Shown here piece after piece: positions 36,801 through 49,743 of a stretch of 64,000 nucleotides of DNA. Every line of letters begins with the position of its first letter. Position 1 is the first letter of the stretch. The stretch covers positions 86,552,001 through 86,616,000 of the forward strand of contig CM075979.1 of the NCBI GenBank assembly GCA_038087875.1, read 5' to 3'. The DNA comes from Malacoraja senta (taxonomy: Eukaryota). The notes under the pieces were generated by a model, which was not told the DNA's origin, ran no database searches, and saw only the letters and a program-made list of their open reading frames with translations. The position numbers and the translations under genes were made by a program.

Positions 36801-39252
36801 TAGATAAATAACAAGCCTGATCCAATTGCAAAACCACTTTTCTATCATATACCTTTATTAGAAGTACTGAAACATTAGTCTTTTGGAAATTGGCCAGCTG
36901 GATTATGTGCTTGCCCTATTTTGCTGGCTCACAGTACAAAGATGGTGTGATTAGTTTTCATGCCAATTAGATTGAAGTCTAGATGTTTTAAAATTGTGTG
37001 CTGTGGCTCGGCGTGCTTTGGGTTATCTGTTACCCGGGGCTCCCGATACAGAGTTTCTCAGGACCAGAAAAGAAAATCATTATTGGTGATGTTGTATAAT
37101 GATTATACCAAACATCACAGTAACTGCCTCATGTCATAAAAATTAATAATGACCCCTTCAGCGGCACTTAAGGCTGCATTGAAGTATTAGCTTATGGAGT
37201 AAGGCTTGAATCCACAATCGTCTGATATGAAAGAGAGGGTGCTGTTACAAAGTCAAGCCTGATACAAAAAATATAGAAAAAATATTGTTTAGTGAATGGA
37301 CTCAAGAAAGGTTGTGGAATGCATTTCACAGTGTGCCCTAGCTATAGCAAAGTTGTTACGATGCATCAAATGTGTTCAAGCTAGCGAAGTGTTGGCCTTG
37401 TTCCTGTGATAGACACACTCAACACTCGGCTGTAGCAGCGCAAATACTGCCAATATATGGAGCTTGGGATTTGGCTGTGACTTGATTTAGAACATTGTTA
37501 CATACATCTATGTTTTTTCCAGAGCATCCAGAAATACGTGACTTCTAGAAGCAATAGTCACTGCTCCACGAATTATATTTTAGGCTTTCCAGATAGTGCA
37601 GATGTCCAACTAAGGTTCACTTTGTATGGTGTGAATACAATGTTGTAATTAACTGTTGAGCCATTCAGTTGACAAGACCTGCACTCAACCTACACCCAGA
37701 GTTGTGTTTTCATAAAGTCACCACAAATTCATTTGTATGATTATTTATCTTTTCTAATGTTGAGTAAATATAATTCCTGGGTGTAATATGAACTGTGCAT
37801 GTGGCTCCAGGTACCCGAGTTGATTAGAAATTTCTAAATTGTAATCATTCACAGATGTCGGTACGTAAAGTAATTTCAAAGAAGGCATCCTATGGCTTGC
37901 TGAGGATGATGAAAGCTCAGTGTGAGATTCATAGGAAGTAATTATTTAATAATCCATTTCCCAGATGTCCCTGCATTTAAATTTAGAATAACAGCAATGT
38001 GATTCCAATAGGCATCTTAATTCTTTAAATATAACAAGATCACATTTATTTCATCAGCAAAATATTTACTGATGCAGCATCTCACTAATATCCAAATTGA
38101 GGAAGAAATCCACTTTATCATCTCTCATTTATTTCTTTATTGTTCTGTGAGCATATGTTCTACAATTTCCAATAGCCAAAATGATTACCTTTTCACAGTT
38201 TATATAGGAGAAACAATGGTTGCTTGTGTCAGCTTTTATTCTTCATATATGTTATCAGAGTAGCGCGTTATAAATTGGCTCTGTCCTTAACATTCATGTT
38301 TCCAATGAAAGTCACAAGGTTACAAAAGGAGGAATTTTCTGGCATTAGCAGCCCAAAGATGGTGAGACAAATTTATAATCATGAAAAAAGGTAATCCAAC
38401 TTGCTGCTTTCCTTTTCTGTAGAACTTACTACAATATCATTTGCAGTCCTTATTCTCTGAACAATCAGACATTTGTCAAACTATGTTTTCTGCATATTTA
38501 TGGAGAAAAGAAAGTGGTTCTGTAAAATCAGTGTTACTACAGTGAATCTTAGGGTCCAGATATATGTGGTGGTATCTAAGGTTGGGTGATATATGCATGG
38601 ACACAGTTTCATTGATTTCAGTTATGGTTCCTTGATGGTGTGAGGCTTCATAACCTTTGTGAAGCCTGCTGCAATGTTATTTAAAAGGGATGTGCTCAAC
38701 CAGGTCCTAGCCAATGTAATCTGGTACAAGGATCCTGCCTCAGATACGTCCCTCAAATAACACCGTGCAGTGACTTAATAGTTCCTTCTCCTACCACGCT
38801 TGAAAATAGTAACCTTTGCCTTATGTTACTCCCCTCTTTGACTAATGATTTGATACCAAAATCCATCCCACCTCCAACGTACTGCACAATTCACCCCTAC
38901 TCCTTCCTTCAACCGCCATCTTTCAACAGACCCTTTTCCCCTTCTGATCTAACATGGCTTGGGCCTTGCCCTGACTGCCCTTCCGTTAAACCCAGCATCC
39001 AACTGTGCGCAGGTGCCTCCTCCCAATATCATGGCAACTAATGCCTTCCCACCACCACATTTCAGATATCCCAACATCTCCCCCGCCTCACCTATCTCTG
39101 ACTGACTCACTCTCTCACCACCCATCTTACAAACCATCTACCCTAACAGTTTCCTGCCTCCAGCTGCCCATCTGTAGACTAACATTTCCAAGCCCCACCA
39201 AGAGCATGCGTTTGTGCCAATGACCAAAGGTGGGCTCACCTGGCCTGTTCCC

Positions 39253-39770
39253 TACATAGATACATAGATACATAGAAAATAGGTGCAGGAGTAGGCCATT
39301 CAGCCCTTCGAGCCTGCACCGCCATTCAATATGATCATGGCTGATCATCCAACTCAGTATCCCGTACCTGCCTTCTCTCCATACCCCCTGATCCCCTTAG
39401 CCACAAGGGCCACATCTAACTCCCTCTTAAATATAGCCAATGAACTGGCCTCAACTACCCTCTGTGGCAGAGAGTTCCAGAGATTCATCACTCTCTGTGT
39501 GAAAACGTTTTTCCTCATCTCGGTCTTAAAGGATTTCCCCCTTATCCTTAAGCTGTGACCCCTTGTCCTGGACTTCCCCAACATCGGGAACAATCTTCCT
39601 GCATCTAGCCTGTCCAACCCCATAAGAATTTTGTACGTTTCTATAAGATCCCCTCTCAATCTCCTAAATTCTAGCGTGTACAAGCCAAGTCTATCCAGTC
39701 TTTCTTCATATGAAAGTCTTGACATCCCAGGAATCAGTCTGGTGAACCTTCTCTGCACTCCCTCTATGGC
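39253..39770 (-). mobile_element. CR1 (HER1-like) LINE 3' fragment, young
   Basis: ORF 39354-39758 QRRFTRLIPGM..LSYEERL..RRLRGDLIETYK..RTRGHSL..WNSLP; (TATCTATG)n tail. Confidence 0.93.
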
Positions 39771-39908
39771 TATAATGGCTACACAGCTATAATGGCTACA
39801 CAGCCCAACTCTCCACCATTGAGCTCACGAGATAATTCTCAGCCTAATAACCCCACCCATCTCATGCATGACCATTTCCATCCCTCCACGACTTTTCTCC
39901 CTTGTGTC

Positions 39909-41012
39909 GTCAAGTCAAGAGAGTTTATTGTCGTGTGTCCCAGATAGGACGACTGGCTGCGGAGCCCTCAAACTGGCCCCGACCTCGGGTGGACTAGGAG
40001 GAGGACTGGACATTTTGGTGCCTTTCCCTCACAGTGGAGAGTGTCGACTCTGCTGTGGGGGGATGTTCATGTTGAATCTCTAATAGTGTGTCGTGTCTTT
40101 TTTATTCTACCTTTTTTACTTTTTTATTTGAAGCTCAGAGGGGACCGTGCCTTTGCTGTGTCGGCACCCAAATTATGGAACGATCTGCCTCTCCACATTA
40201 AACAGGCCTCTTCTCTGTCTGTTTTTAAATCACTTCTTAAAACCCATCTCTTCTCCGTGGCCTTTGATACCCAGTAAGATGTCGACTTTATTTACTTGAT
40301 TTAATTTCTAATTTCTTATTTTGATTGTTTTTATTGCGTGGCTATTATTTTTACTCATGTTTTATGTCTTTTAATTTATTGTTGTATTTCATATGTAATT
40401 TTTGCGCCTCATGTGAGCTGTTATGTTATGTTCTGTTATGCTGTCTGTTTATGATGTCTTGTTTATTCTTCTGTACAGCACTTTGGCCAACATTGGTTGT
40501 TTTAAAGTGCTTAACAAATAAAGTTGGATTGGATTGGATAGGACAATGCAATTCTTGCTTGCTGCAGCTCAACAGAATATTGTAAGCAAAAATACAGAAC
40601 AGTTCAGTTCAATATACACATAAATAAGCAGATAAAGTGCAATGGCTGTTACAGTTCAGAGTCTGTTCGTTGGCGAGTTTAATAGCCTGATGGCTGTGGG
40701 GAAGTAGCTGTTCCTGAACCTGGACGTAACAGATCTCAGGCTCCTGTACCTTCTGCCCGATGGTAGCGGAGACATGTGTGCGTAGCCAGGATGGTGTGGG
40801 TCCTTGATGATGTTGGCTGCCTTTTGAGGCGATAGATCCCTTCGATGTTGGGGAGGTCAGAGCCGATGATGGACGGGGCAATGGTCACAACTTTCTGCAT
40901 CCTTTTCCGCTCCTGGATGCTCAAGTTGCCGAACCAAGCCACGATGCAACCAGTCAGCATGCTCTCCACTGTGCACCTGTAGAAGTTTGAGAGAGTCCTC
41001 TTTGACATACCG
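39909..41012 (-). mobile_element. Rex1-like LINE 3' fragment, interrupted at 39951-40536
   Basis: LSNFYRCTVESMLTGCIVAWFGN; (GACTT)n tail at ~39909-39920; flanks rejoin across TSD gataggac. Confidence 0.85.
39951..40536 (+). mobile_element. Composite insertion: GC-rich retroposon segment fused to an L2 3' end
   Basis: TSD gataggac at 39943-39950 and 40537-40544; 5' part resembles 35770-35960; 3' part RGDRAFAVSAPKLWNDLP..FKSLLKTHLF with (TTGGA)n tail. Confidence 0.75.
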
Positions 41013-41322
41013 TCTGTATCTCCTATCTCTTGAACATTCTCTCTTCATTTACTCCACAATGTTGAAACAGTGCATTTGTAAGCCTGACACACACCACCAC
41101 CCCATTATCAGGCCTAAACATGTCCTATTCAACTTTGAAGTAATTCTCAGCCAAAATATTTGAACCCACAACATTCTGCATCTCCTTGAGATCACCGATG
41201 AACATTTTGGGATATTGCAAATGTCATTGCAGCATTTTCTGCATTGGTTTTCATTATTTTAATGATCCAGAATGATAACGAAGTCTTTATTTTTAAAAAC
41301 AGTGTTTGCTCGTGTGATAAGT

Positions 41323-41432
41323 TTGAAGAAGAATCTCAATCTGAAGAAGGGTCTCGACCCGAAACGTCATCTATTCCTTCGCTCCATAGAGGCTGCCTCC
41401 CCCGCTGAGTTTCTCCAGCATTTTTGTCTACC
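41323..41432 (+). mobile_element. Hammerhead-headed Penelope-derived short element
   Basis: TSD ttgct(c/g)gtgtgata(a/g)gt at 41306-41322 and 41433-41449. Confidence 0.88.
41341..41368 (+). ncRNA. Minimal hammerhead ribozyme motif (intact core, sense to ERC1)
   Basis: CTGAAGA-A-GGGT-CTCG-ACCC-GAAAC-GTC. Confidence 0.75.
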
Positions 41433-42252
41433 TTGCTGGTGTGATAGGTCATTTCGCTGTAATGTATGAAAACTCCTCTCACTGACATAATAACAGTTGC
41501 TCACAGGTGATTTACATCTTGAACTCGCCATGCAATGAAAGCACAATCAGTGCTCACCAGCTGATTTGTAGCTACAAAGCTGCCTGGAAGTGAACCGTAT
41601 TCAAACTGATTTGTGCTCTGCAGTTTGTAGACATGCTTCATTGTCATGGCAAGCCATGGGTTGGGTTTTGCTGATTTTAAGAAACTAATGTGCAGATGGA
41701 TTTTAATTTTGTTTCACTTGATCCTGATGAATATGAGAAACTGGTCTGTGATCCACTGGAACTATTTGCCGTGTGTGTTTTGTTGTAAAGCCAAGCCATT
41801 TTTGAATCGCTTTGTTTTTGCGGTGAAGTGGTGTGTATTTAAATTCATGTATTTAATGCCCTGCCTCTTAATTCCTGGGAGAACTTAGAAGAGCAATAAG
41901 ATTACCTGTTGATGACTCACAGAATGATTTTGTAGCCATTCATTCTGACACTTTCCATTCATTATTTTTACATTTTTAAATTTTTCGTGTCTCTATGTTT
42001 CTGCCCCAACATGAAATGTTCCATTTTGCTCAGCCAAACCTGTACCTTAAATTATCTGAATGATGTGACCTTGGAAAATGAATGAAATAGCATGTACTGT
42101 TTGAACCACATTCACCAGTGGCCATCTACTGTAATCCACATCAATATCACAACATTTAGAACCTGGGATTTGACAGTGGTGTACACCTTGCACTACCTTT
42201 TTAAATGTTATTGCTTTTCCAGGATAGTAAACATGCCAGCTATTTCATTTGC

Positions 42253-42795
42253 AAGAATATTGTGTGCAGTTTTGGTCTCCTAATTTGCGGAAGGACATTG
42301 TTGCTATTGAGGGAGTGCAGCGTAGGTACACAGGGTTAATTCCCGGGTTGGTGGGACTGTCATATGATGAAAGAATGGAGCGATTGGGCTTGTATACACT
42401 GGAATTTAGAAGGGTGAGAGGGGATCTTATAGAGACATATAAAATCATTAAGGGATTGGACACGCTAGATGCAGGAATTGGGGGGAGACCAGAACCAGAG
42501 GCCACAGTTTAAGAGTAAGAGGTAGGCCATTTAGAACTGAGATGAGGAAAAACTTTTCACACAGACAGTTGTGAATTTGTGGAATTCTCTGCCTCAGAAG
42601 GCAGTGGAGGCCGATTCACTGGATGCATTCAAAAGAGAGTTCGAAAGAGCTCTTGGGGCTAGCGAAATCAAGGGATATGGGGAGATGGCAGGAACGGGGT
42701 ACTGATTGTGGATGATCACCCATGATCACATTAAATGGTGATGCTGGCTCGAAGGGCCGAATGGCCTACTCCACCTATTGTCTATGTATCTATGT
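42253..42795 (+). mobile_element. CR1 (HER1-like) LINE 3' fragment
   Basis: EYCVQFWSPNLRKD..EGVQRR..LSYDERM..RGDLIETYK; tail tctatgtatctatgt. Confidence 0.92.
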
Positions 42796-44494
42796 AAATA
42801 AGAAACTGGGAAATGACCAAATAATCTCTTTGTATTTGGTATTTTACATTCGCAATACAGTATGCTCGATGCTGTTCTGAGCTTGCACCCGAAAAGGATT
42901 TAGACTCAAACTTACAATTTCCTGGACACCCAAGATAAAGAATTGTTCAAAGCAAATCTATTGTTAAACATTCCGTTTCCCTCCCCACTCCCCCATCTTA
43001 TGTCATAGACAGTGGTACAATCACCCTCATACCACGTGCTGGTAGATTTCTCTCTGTTACCCGGAAAACTGCAATTAGTTCATTGTGGAGGAACGATGAG
43101 CTTTAGTGAGATGGCCCTCTGGGCTCTAAAATTTTTGCCTACAGATGTTTTAAGCTAAATTTAACCTGCTATTCATCATCAAAGTACACCCGATATGATT
43201 CCATGTGTTATTTCCATTTATAACCACTTTATAACCACTTGAGATTAGCTTTGGATGCCAAATTACGATCAGTTTTGTGTTGTGGTTTTGGTCCACCAGG
43301 AGTAGAGCTTGAGATTGCTGTGGTTTATTTCATCAAGGACGCATATAGACTGACAGGGATTTTTGAGGGGGGGGAGATTCATTGTACGTCTCAGCAGGAT
43401 TGAAAATCCATATCTCATGAGATGGAGCAGAACCTTGTATAATTGATTGTCACGTATGTAGCAAGTTTTTTGAAGGGTATCTTTGTTAAGGGGTATCTTT
43501 TTTAAGTAAATGAATACAGTCTATTACCATAATGTTGATGGTAACTTTTTTGGCTTCGATTGCATTTTAATTTCCTCTGGTCATTTATCTGATATTTAAA
43601 TGAAGTGTTGTGCAGAAAATTGTTTAAGAAGTAAATGGAAAATATAATTTATGGCATTTGTTATGGGCAAGCAATATATTAAGATTCAGACCCTTTCTCA
43701 GTTCCTTGAAGGAGAGAATATAAATGTGAAAAATTTATTGCCTGAGAGAAGAAGTTATTTAAGCTGCAAAAACAAAATTGTAAATCTTTGAGAAAAAGGC
43801 TTTTAATGTACCCTTGATGCATTAATCTTGCATTCGCATATATACGTCAGATTTGTGAATCGTTCCTGCAGCTCGTCAGTCTCCAGATAGCAGAAGGGGA
43901 ATTTATGCAGTCAATGCTAAACAGGAAAACAGGAGCTGTGCTATATCAGCAAGTAACTGGGTTCTGGCATGACAGCTCAGTCTTCCTACAACCCATCCAA
44001 AATACAATATGAACATGCAAGAAAGCAATCTGAAAAGACCTTCCTATACACTGTGCCTGTTTCAACATCATAGTTTAGCCTAAACATGTTGTCAAGACCC
44101 CTTTGGTTCCAATCCCACATCCACTTAGTTTCTTGGGAGAAGCAAAAAGATGAAGGAAAATGAATTTTCAGAACAAAAAATGTTAATAAATCAACTACTG
44201 ATTAGAGATTGAAATTGCACGTACCCCCAATGTTTTAATTTATTTGAAATGAGAAAAGACATTCGGAAATCCTCAAAGACATAAAAAATGAACAATTGAT
44301 TTTGTAACTGTCTGGCATAATTTTATAAATGTATTAAGAATTTGTATCTTTTGCTGGATTATCAGTGAACTCTTGATGGTAAATTTGAACAACTGCATTT
44401 GTGGTACCAGTCTCGATACTGAACAGGTACTGGACTCAGTCAGAGGTGGTTGTCGTGACTGCTGCTACATCAAGACCCATCTTTCATCTTTGAG

Positions 44495-44593
44495 ACATCA
44501 GTCTGAAGAAGGGTCTCGACCCAAAATGTCACCCATTCGTTCTCTCCAGAGATGCTACCTAACCCGCTGAGTTACTCCAGCATTTTGTGTGTA
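44495..44593 (+). mobile_element. Hammerhead-headed Penelope-derived short element
   Basis: TSD ctttc(a/g)tctttgag at 44481-44494 and 44594-44607; CTGAAGA at 44503. Confidence 0.88.
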
Positions 44594-45231
44594 CTTTCGT
44601 CTTTGAGGTATTGGACACCAAATTTTGAAGATCATTGCATCGAATTTCTTCAAAGCAGTTTTTCAATATTTATTTAACTTTCAGGCGTTCGGAATGTGGT
44701 TTAATAAGAAATTGGGATAGGACCCTGGTGGAATTGAGCCTTTGATGATCAATTTGCAATTAAAACAATGTATGAGAAATACTTACTGGGTCTTTTTACA
44801 TCTGTGAAATGAGAAACAAGATATAACGCATCACCAACTTTTCGTAAGATTGTTTTATAATTTCAGTATCTGTACACTATTTCTAATTTCTCAGGTGTGA
44901 AGTATTTGCTTCTGCATTGGTACACTTTCAGTAACAGAGAAACGTTGGTGATCAGATGCTTTCTAAATCATTTTCTTGTTGCAATCAATTTGACCGACAT
45001 ATATTTACTTTCAATGGACAAACTACATGACAAAACACAACAGCTGTTCCCGTGGAACAGGGAAATGTAGCAGATCCGAAATATAGAACTATATCGAAGC
45101 AAACCCATATGCAAAATATAATAATGTCTTCTTTAATACAGTAATTCGTTAACCATCAATTATTTACTTGATTAGAAAGTTACAGATACCTTTGCCTATA
45201 ATTTCTACAGGCATTCACTCAGAAACTCTTA

Positions 45232-45478
45232 CAGAGACCCAGGTTCGATCCTGACTACGGGTGCTGTCGGTAAAGAGTTTGTACGTTCTCACTATGGGTT
45301 TTCTCTGGGTGCTTTGATTTCTTCCCACACTCCAAAGACGTACAGGTTTGTAGGTTAATTGGCTTCAGTAAAATTGTCCCTAGTGTGTAGGATAGTGTTA
45401 GTGTACGTGGTGATCGCTGGTCGGCGCAGACTCAGTGGGTCGAAGGGCCTGTGTCCTGCGCTGTATCTCTAAAATCTA
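45232..45478 (+). mobile_element. V-SINE (HE1-like), 5'-truncated
   Basis: B box ggttcgatcc, V-domain and tail gggtcgaagggcctgt..gctgtatctctaaa shared with 12827 copy. Confidence 0.85.
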
Positions 45479-45788
45479 AAAAGTAAAAGTCTAGACAGTG
45501 GCTTAAACATATTCAGAAAGTTCTGCCGATCAGTGAAAAGTCCAGGGAAATTCTGTTCCTTTAAGCCTGTTATAGGTGTTAACCCGGTTATCAAAGTCAG
45601 TGTAAATACACAGGGAAAGTAAGGTGTGCGTGTATGCCAAACTATAAAACTCAGAATAACCTGCAAATGGCTTCAATAATACAACAATGTTGCAAAAATA
45701 ATCTTATACTGTACCTATAAAACCGCTCAGTAAAAGACATCAATCATGGCCACTATTTCAAAGGCATTGAATAAATAAATTCCTCTTA

Positions 45789-45957
45789 GGTAGACAAAAA
45801 TGCTGGAGAAACTCAGCGGGTGAGGCAGCATCAGAAGAAGGGTCTCGACCCGAAACGTCACCTATTCCTTCGCTCCATAGATGCTGCCTCACCCGCTGAG
45901 TTTCTCCAGCATTTTTGTCTACCTTTGATTTTTCCAGCATCTGCAGTTCTTTCTTAA
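45789..45957. mobile_element. Fold-back Penelope-derived short element, very young
   Basis: ~43-bp minus arm is a perfect reverse complement of part of the tailed plus arm; TSD aaataaattcct(c)tta starting at 45773 and 45958; junction at the hammerhead core. Confidence 0.92.
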
Positions 45958-47662
45958 AAATAAATTCCTTTATCATATTACATAGCAACACAGAAATTTG
46001 GAAGGAAGTCTGATAATAAATTCTGTTTATTTAAAGGGAGCTGTCTGTGGCAGCATGTTCACTACCCCCTGACATTTCCACCTGAGAAAACGATTCTGAC
46101 TACGTACGCTATGCTCTCAATTTACAAACTTTGATCAGTGTTCCCTCAACCTCCAACACTACAGAGAATTTAATGTGAGGTTTTCCAACCTCTCCTCATA
46201 ACCGTTACACTCTAACCCATGCAGCATCCTGGAAAGCCTCTCCAAACGCTGTACATCCATCCTCTAAAGTGCAGAGGGATCGTGAGTCCAAGTTTTTAGC
46301 TCTGCAAAAGTGGCAGCACAAGGTAGAGAAAGTGTGGTATGCTTGCCTTCACCAATGGGCATTGAAGATAAGAGTCAGGAATTCACGTTTCAGCTTTATA
46401 TAACTTTTGGCTTGGCTGCATTTGGGAAATTATGTGCAGTTTTGGTTGCTCAGAGAATGAAATAAGGAAAAGGGAGGACAGATGAAGGAATCTGTTATAT
46501 ACTGTAGTACCCTTAATTTCACTGCTCTATATCTGCCCTTTGTTCGTGCCCCGGAACTAACTCCCAGGCCCACACAGCTTCCTGTTACCTCAAGGTCTCC
46601 TCGCTATAGCCATTCTGTAATGTTGAGCAGTTTGCAAGTGGTGACCAGGTCTCTTGCAGCACAAACTGACTTCTCACCTGCAGATTGGCATAAAACAGAA
46701 GTTCGGGACTGCAGAAAGTTGTGAAAAAAGAAACTGAGTATGGGAATGGGAGGAAAAAAAGTTGGATGATTTCCAGCAGCTACTAACATTTTCGCTCTTT
46801 CCTGGTTCCGACAAAGGGTCTTCAAACTGAAGTTATCTCCACCTCTCTTACAACAGGTACTGCATAACCTGCTGAGTATTTTCAGCATTTTCTGTTTTTA
46901 TACCAAGAGTATGTATATCTTTCACACTTGGCCCACTGTATTTTATTCGTCAGCATTTTTACTTTAAGCATTTTCACCGATACGTTCTACCAAGTTATGC
47001 ATTTGCTGAAAATATTCAATTTCTTAGGAAAAGTACAAATTGCCTCCTGTGTCGTGCTATGTTTGCTGAATGTTCTGTCATCACTGCTTGAGCTACATTT
47101 ACACATGCTACTTTCTTCATTCTGTGGGGTTCATTCTGCTATTTTTGTGAGTTCACTTTGTCGCCAGAGATTTGGGTGAATCTATTGGTAGAATTAAGTA
47201 AAGCATTCTTTTTCTGCTATAAACACAGATGCAAAGTAATGATTTAACATATCTATCGTTTCCTTATTATCAATTATAATGTTGCTTTTTTGACCTAATA
47301 TCCACTAACCATCCTCTTTTCCCGAATAAATATAAAGGTTTTTGTGTTGAATTTCACATCTGCAGCAAGTTTCTTTTCATGGTTCTTTTTATAAATCTCA
47401 TCTTACATAGCTTTCACTCCCATGTGCTGTATCTTTTTAGTTTTATGTTGTTCTTTACGTCTTTGGTTATCTGAGACTGTTCATTTTGGCAAGTAGAGCT
47501 ATTTTCATTTAAAGGTTATAAAATTGTTCTGAAAATATTTAAAAAAAAATTTTTTACACATCTTTCCCATTCCTTTGGTCATTTTACTCTTTAACAAGTT
47601 TTCCAGTTGACCATGAACTGTCTATTTTGTCCTGTCGACGCTGGACCATGGCACCTTAATCG

Positions 47663-47770
47663 CAGGTTAAAAGAAGGGTCTCGACTTGAAACGTCACCCA
47701 TTCCTTCTCTCCAGAGATGCTGCCTGTCCCGCTAAGTTACTCCAGAATTTTGTGTCTATCTTGGGTGTCA
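47663..47770 (+). mobile_element. Hammerhead-headed Penelope-derived short element (degenerate core)
   Basis: Perfect TSD accttaatcg at 47653-47662 and 47771-47780. Confidence 0.88.
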
Positions 47771-49522
47771 ACCTTAATCGATGTTTTGGTGTTTCTTCCT
47801 TTCCAACATTATAAGTTCAATCATATTGTAATTATAATAAGATAAATGTTCATCTTATTGGCAATTGCATTGATGAGCTATTAATTTTATGTGGCTAATC
47901 ATTCATTATTAAATCCAATGTGTCCTGAACCTTTGTTAGTTCAAGATCAAATTAATGTAGAAAATAGTTTTAAGTGTAAAAGTCAATGTGTATCTTTCTG
48001 ATGAACATATCTGTTCATTTCAGTCTATGAGGGGGTTAAAATTTCCCATTTAAAAATCAATTTGTCTATATTTAAGCAATTGGTCAAACAAGCATAGAAT
48101 TTGCTGTCAACCATACTTTGCACAAATATCACATTTCATTCTCCACTGCGTTAACAGAAGCATTAGCTGTCGGTCAATGCCTCCTTTATTTTAGTGAAGG
48201 GAAGAATTCAATCCAAAATGTTAACTGCTCAAAGAAGAAAAATGGTGAATTTTGTACCAATATACTTAACCTCTTTGAATTCAAATTCAGCAATTTGTTA
48301 TTTTCACTTTGTGTAAATTGTCATTTAATATTGAGTCAAGACAAACCTACTTGTGTTCTTTAAACCCTAAGCACTTACAGATTTATCGTTCAAGCACGAG
48401 TTCTGGCTCAATAGTTGCTCTTGATTCTTCTACATGATCCTACTCTTAAACTCTCACACTCACCACTGTCCAACAAACCAAAAAGTTGTCCACACATAGA
48501 AGTTAATTTAGTCTAAGCAGGAAAGGAAATAATTCTGATTGATCTGAACCTTTGACAGTAATTATTGGGATTGTTGAATGTTTTGATTTTTTTTCCACAA
48601 GGGTAGCATCCATTAGATCAGATGCCTTCAATTTGAAACTTCAGTGAGAATACATCCTCGAACACATAAACAGTCGTTTTTTTACTTTGTCACTGCTTAT
48701 CTACTTGGGAACAAAATATATAAACATGAACCTCAATTTTACATTGATTTAACATTTCCTCTGTCTTTACATTATCATGGAAACATTGAAGTCTCAGTAC
48801 ATTTTTTTGAATGAAATATTTGAATTTCTTGGATAGCATAGGAATATCAATCATTCAACAAAACTTCAACAATAGGCATTACAATTTTTAAAATGTTTGA
48901 AATTTTCCTAATTTTTCCCAAAAGGTGATTACACGATCTGATTTGGTTTCGCAGCATCTGAATTCCAACGGTTCTGGTGGTTCCTGATAATTTAAAGGGT
49001 TAAGAACAATTAGTGCATGATACTCCAAGAGCTGCATGTCACCAGTACATCTCCATGAGAAAGACCTTATTTCCTGTTCTTATTACTATTATTTAATCTC
49101 CTACTCACCCACAAACATTAGCAAATTGAACCATAATCTTCTGTCGGAGACGAGACGTGCACTCATTGTTGATGCGCCCACTGGTTAGGAATTTATTGTT
49201 TCCAAATGATATGCATGTTGCCAAATCATTCCATTTCATGCCTAGTCACCACGCTCCCAAACCTGGCCAAGCAGCATATTAGGAATTACAAAGATATACA
49301 ACTGCCCTTTCATTTATGCCTGAAGTTGAGGGCTTCGGGTGCAGGGACATTTTGCACCAGGTATGAAGGGGCACATTCAGTGGCGTACTCTAGAATTTCT
49401 AGGATTGTCGTCCGTGAGGCATTTTTATTTAACGTGTCCTAGATCTTAAAGTAGACCATGTAAATTTAGTTATGCTGGGATCAAACTCTCAAAGGCTAAT
49501 TGTTCATGTTTGCTCAAATGAA

Positions 49523-49615
49523 ACCCCCACCCCCACCCCCCATCAGTCTGAAGAAGGATTTCGGCCCGAAACGTTGCCTATTTCCTTCGCTCCATAGATG
49601 CCATTTTTGTGTACC
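49523..49615 (+). mobile_element. Penelope-derived short element with hammerhead motif, internally deleted
   Basis: TSD tttgctcaaa(t/g)gaa at 49509-49522 and 49616-49629; CTGAAGA at 49548. Confidence 0.85.
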
Positions 49616-49670
49616 TTTGCTCAAAGGAATCTCACTTGCAAAGAACAATGGCCGATCACAGTCTTATTTC

Positions 49671-49743
49671 TAAACCTCACCCATTCCTTCTCTCCAGAGA
49701 TGCTGCCTGTCCTGCTGAGTTACTCCAGCTTTTTGTGTCTATC
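49671..49743 (+). mobile_element. Penelope-derived short fragment beginning near the predicted cleavage site
   Basis: cacccattccttctctccagagatgctgcc...tgtgtctatc. Confidence 0.8.

Noticed and set aside
36577-36837. Recurrent peptide DKNAGETQRVRQHLWS in several short ORFs (also 45758, 3503, 34862)
   Set aside because: Chance translation of the PLE terminal repeat, not a protein family
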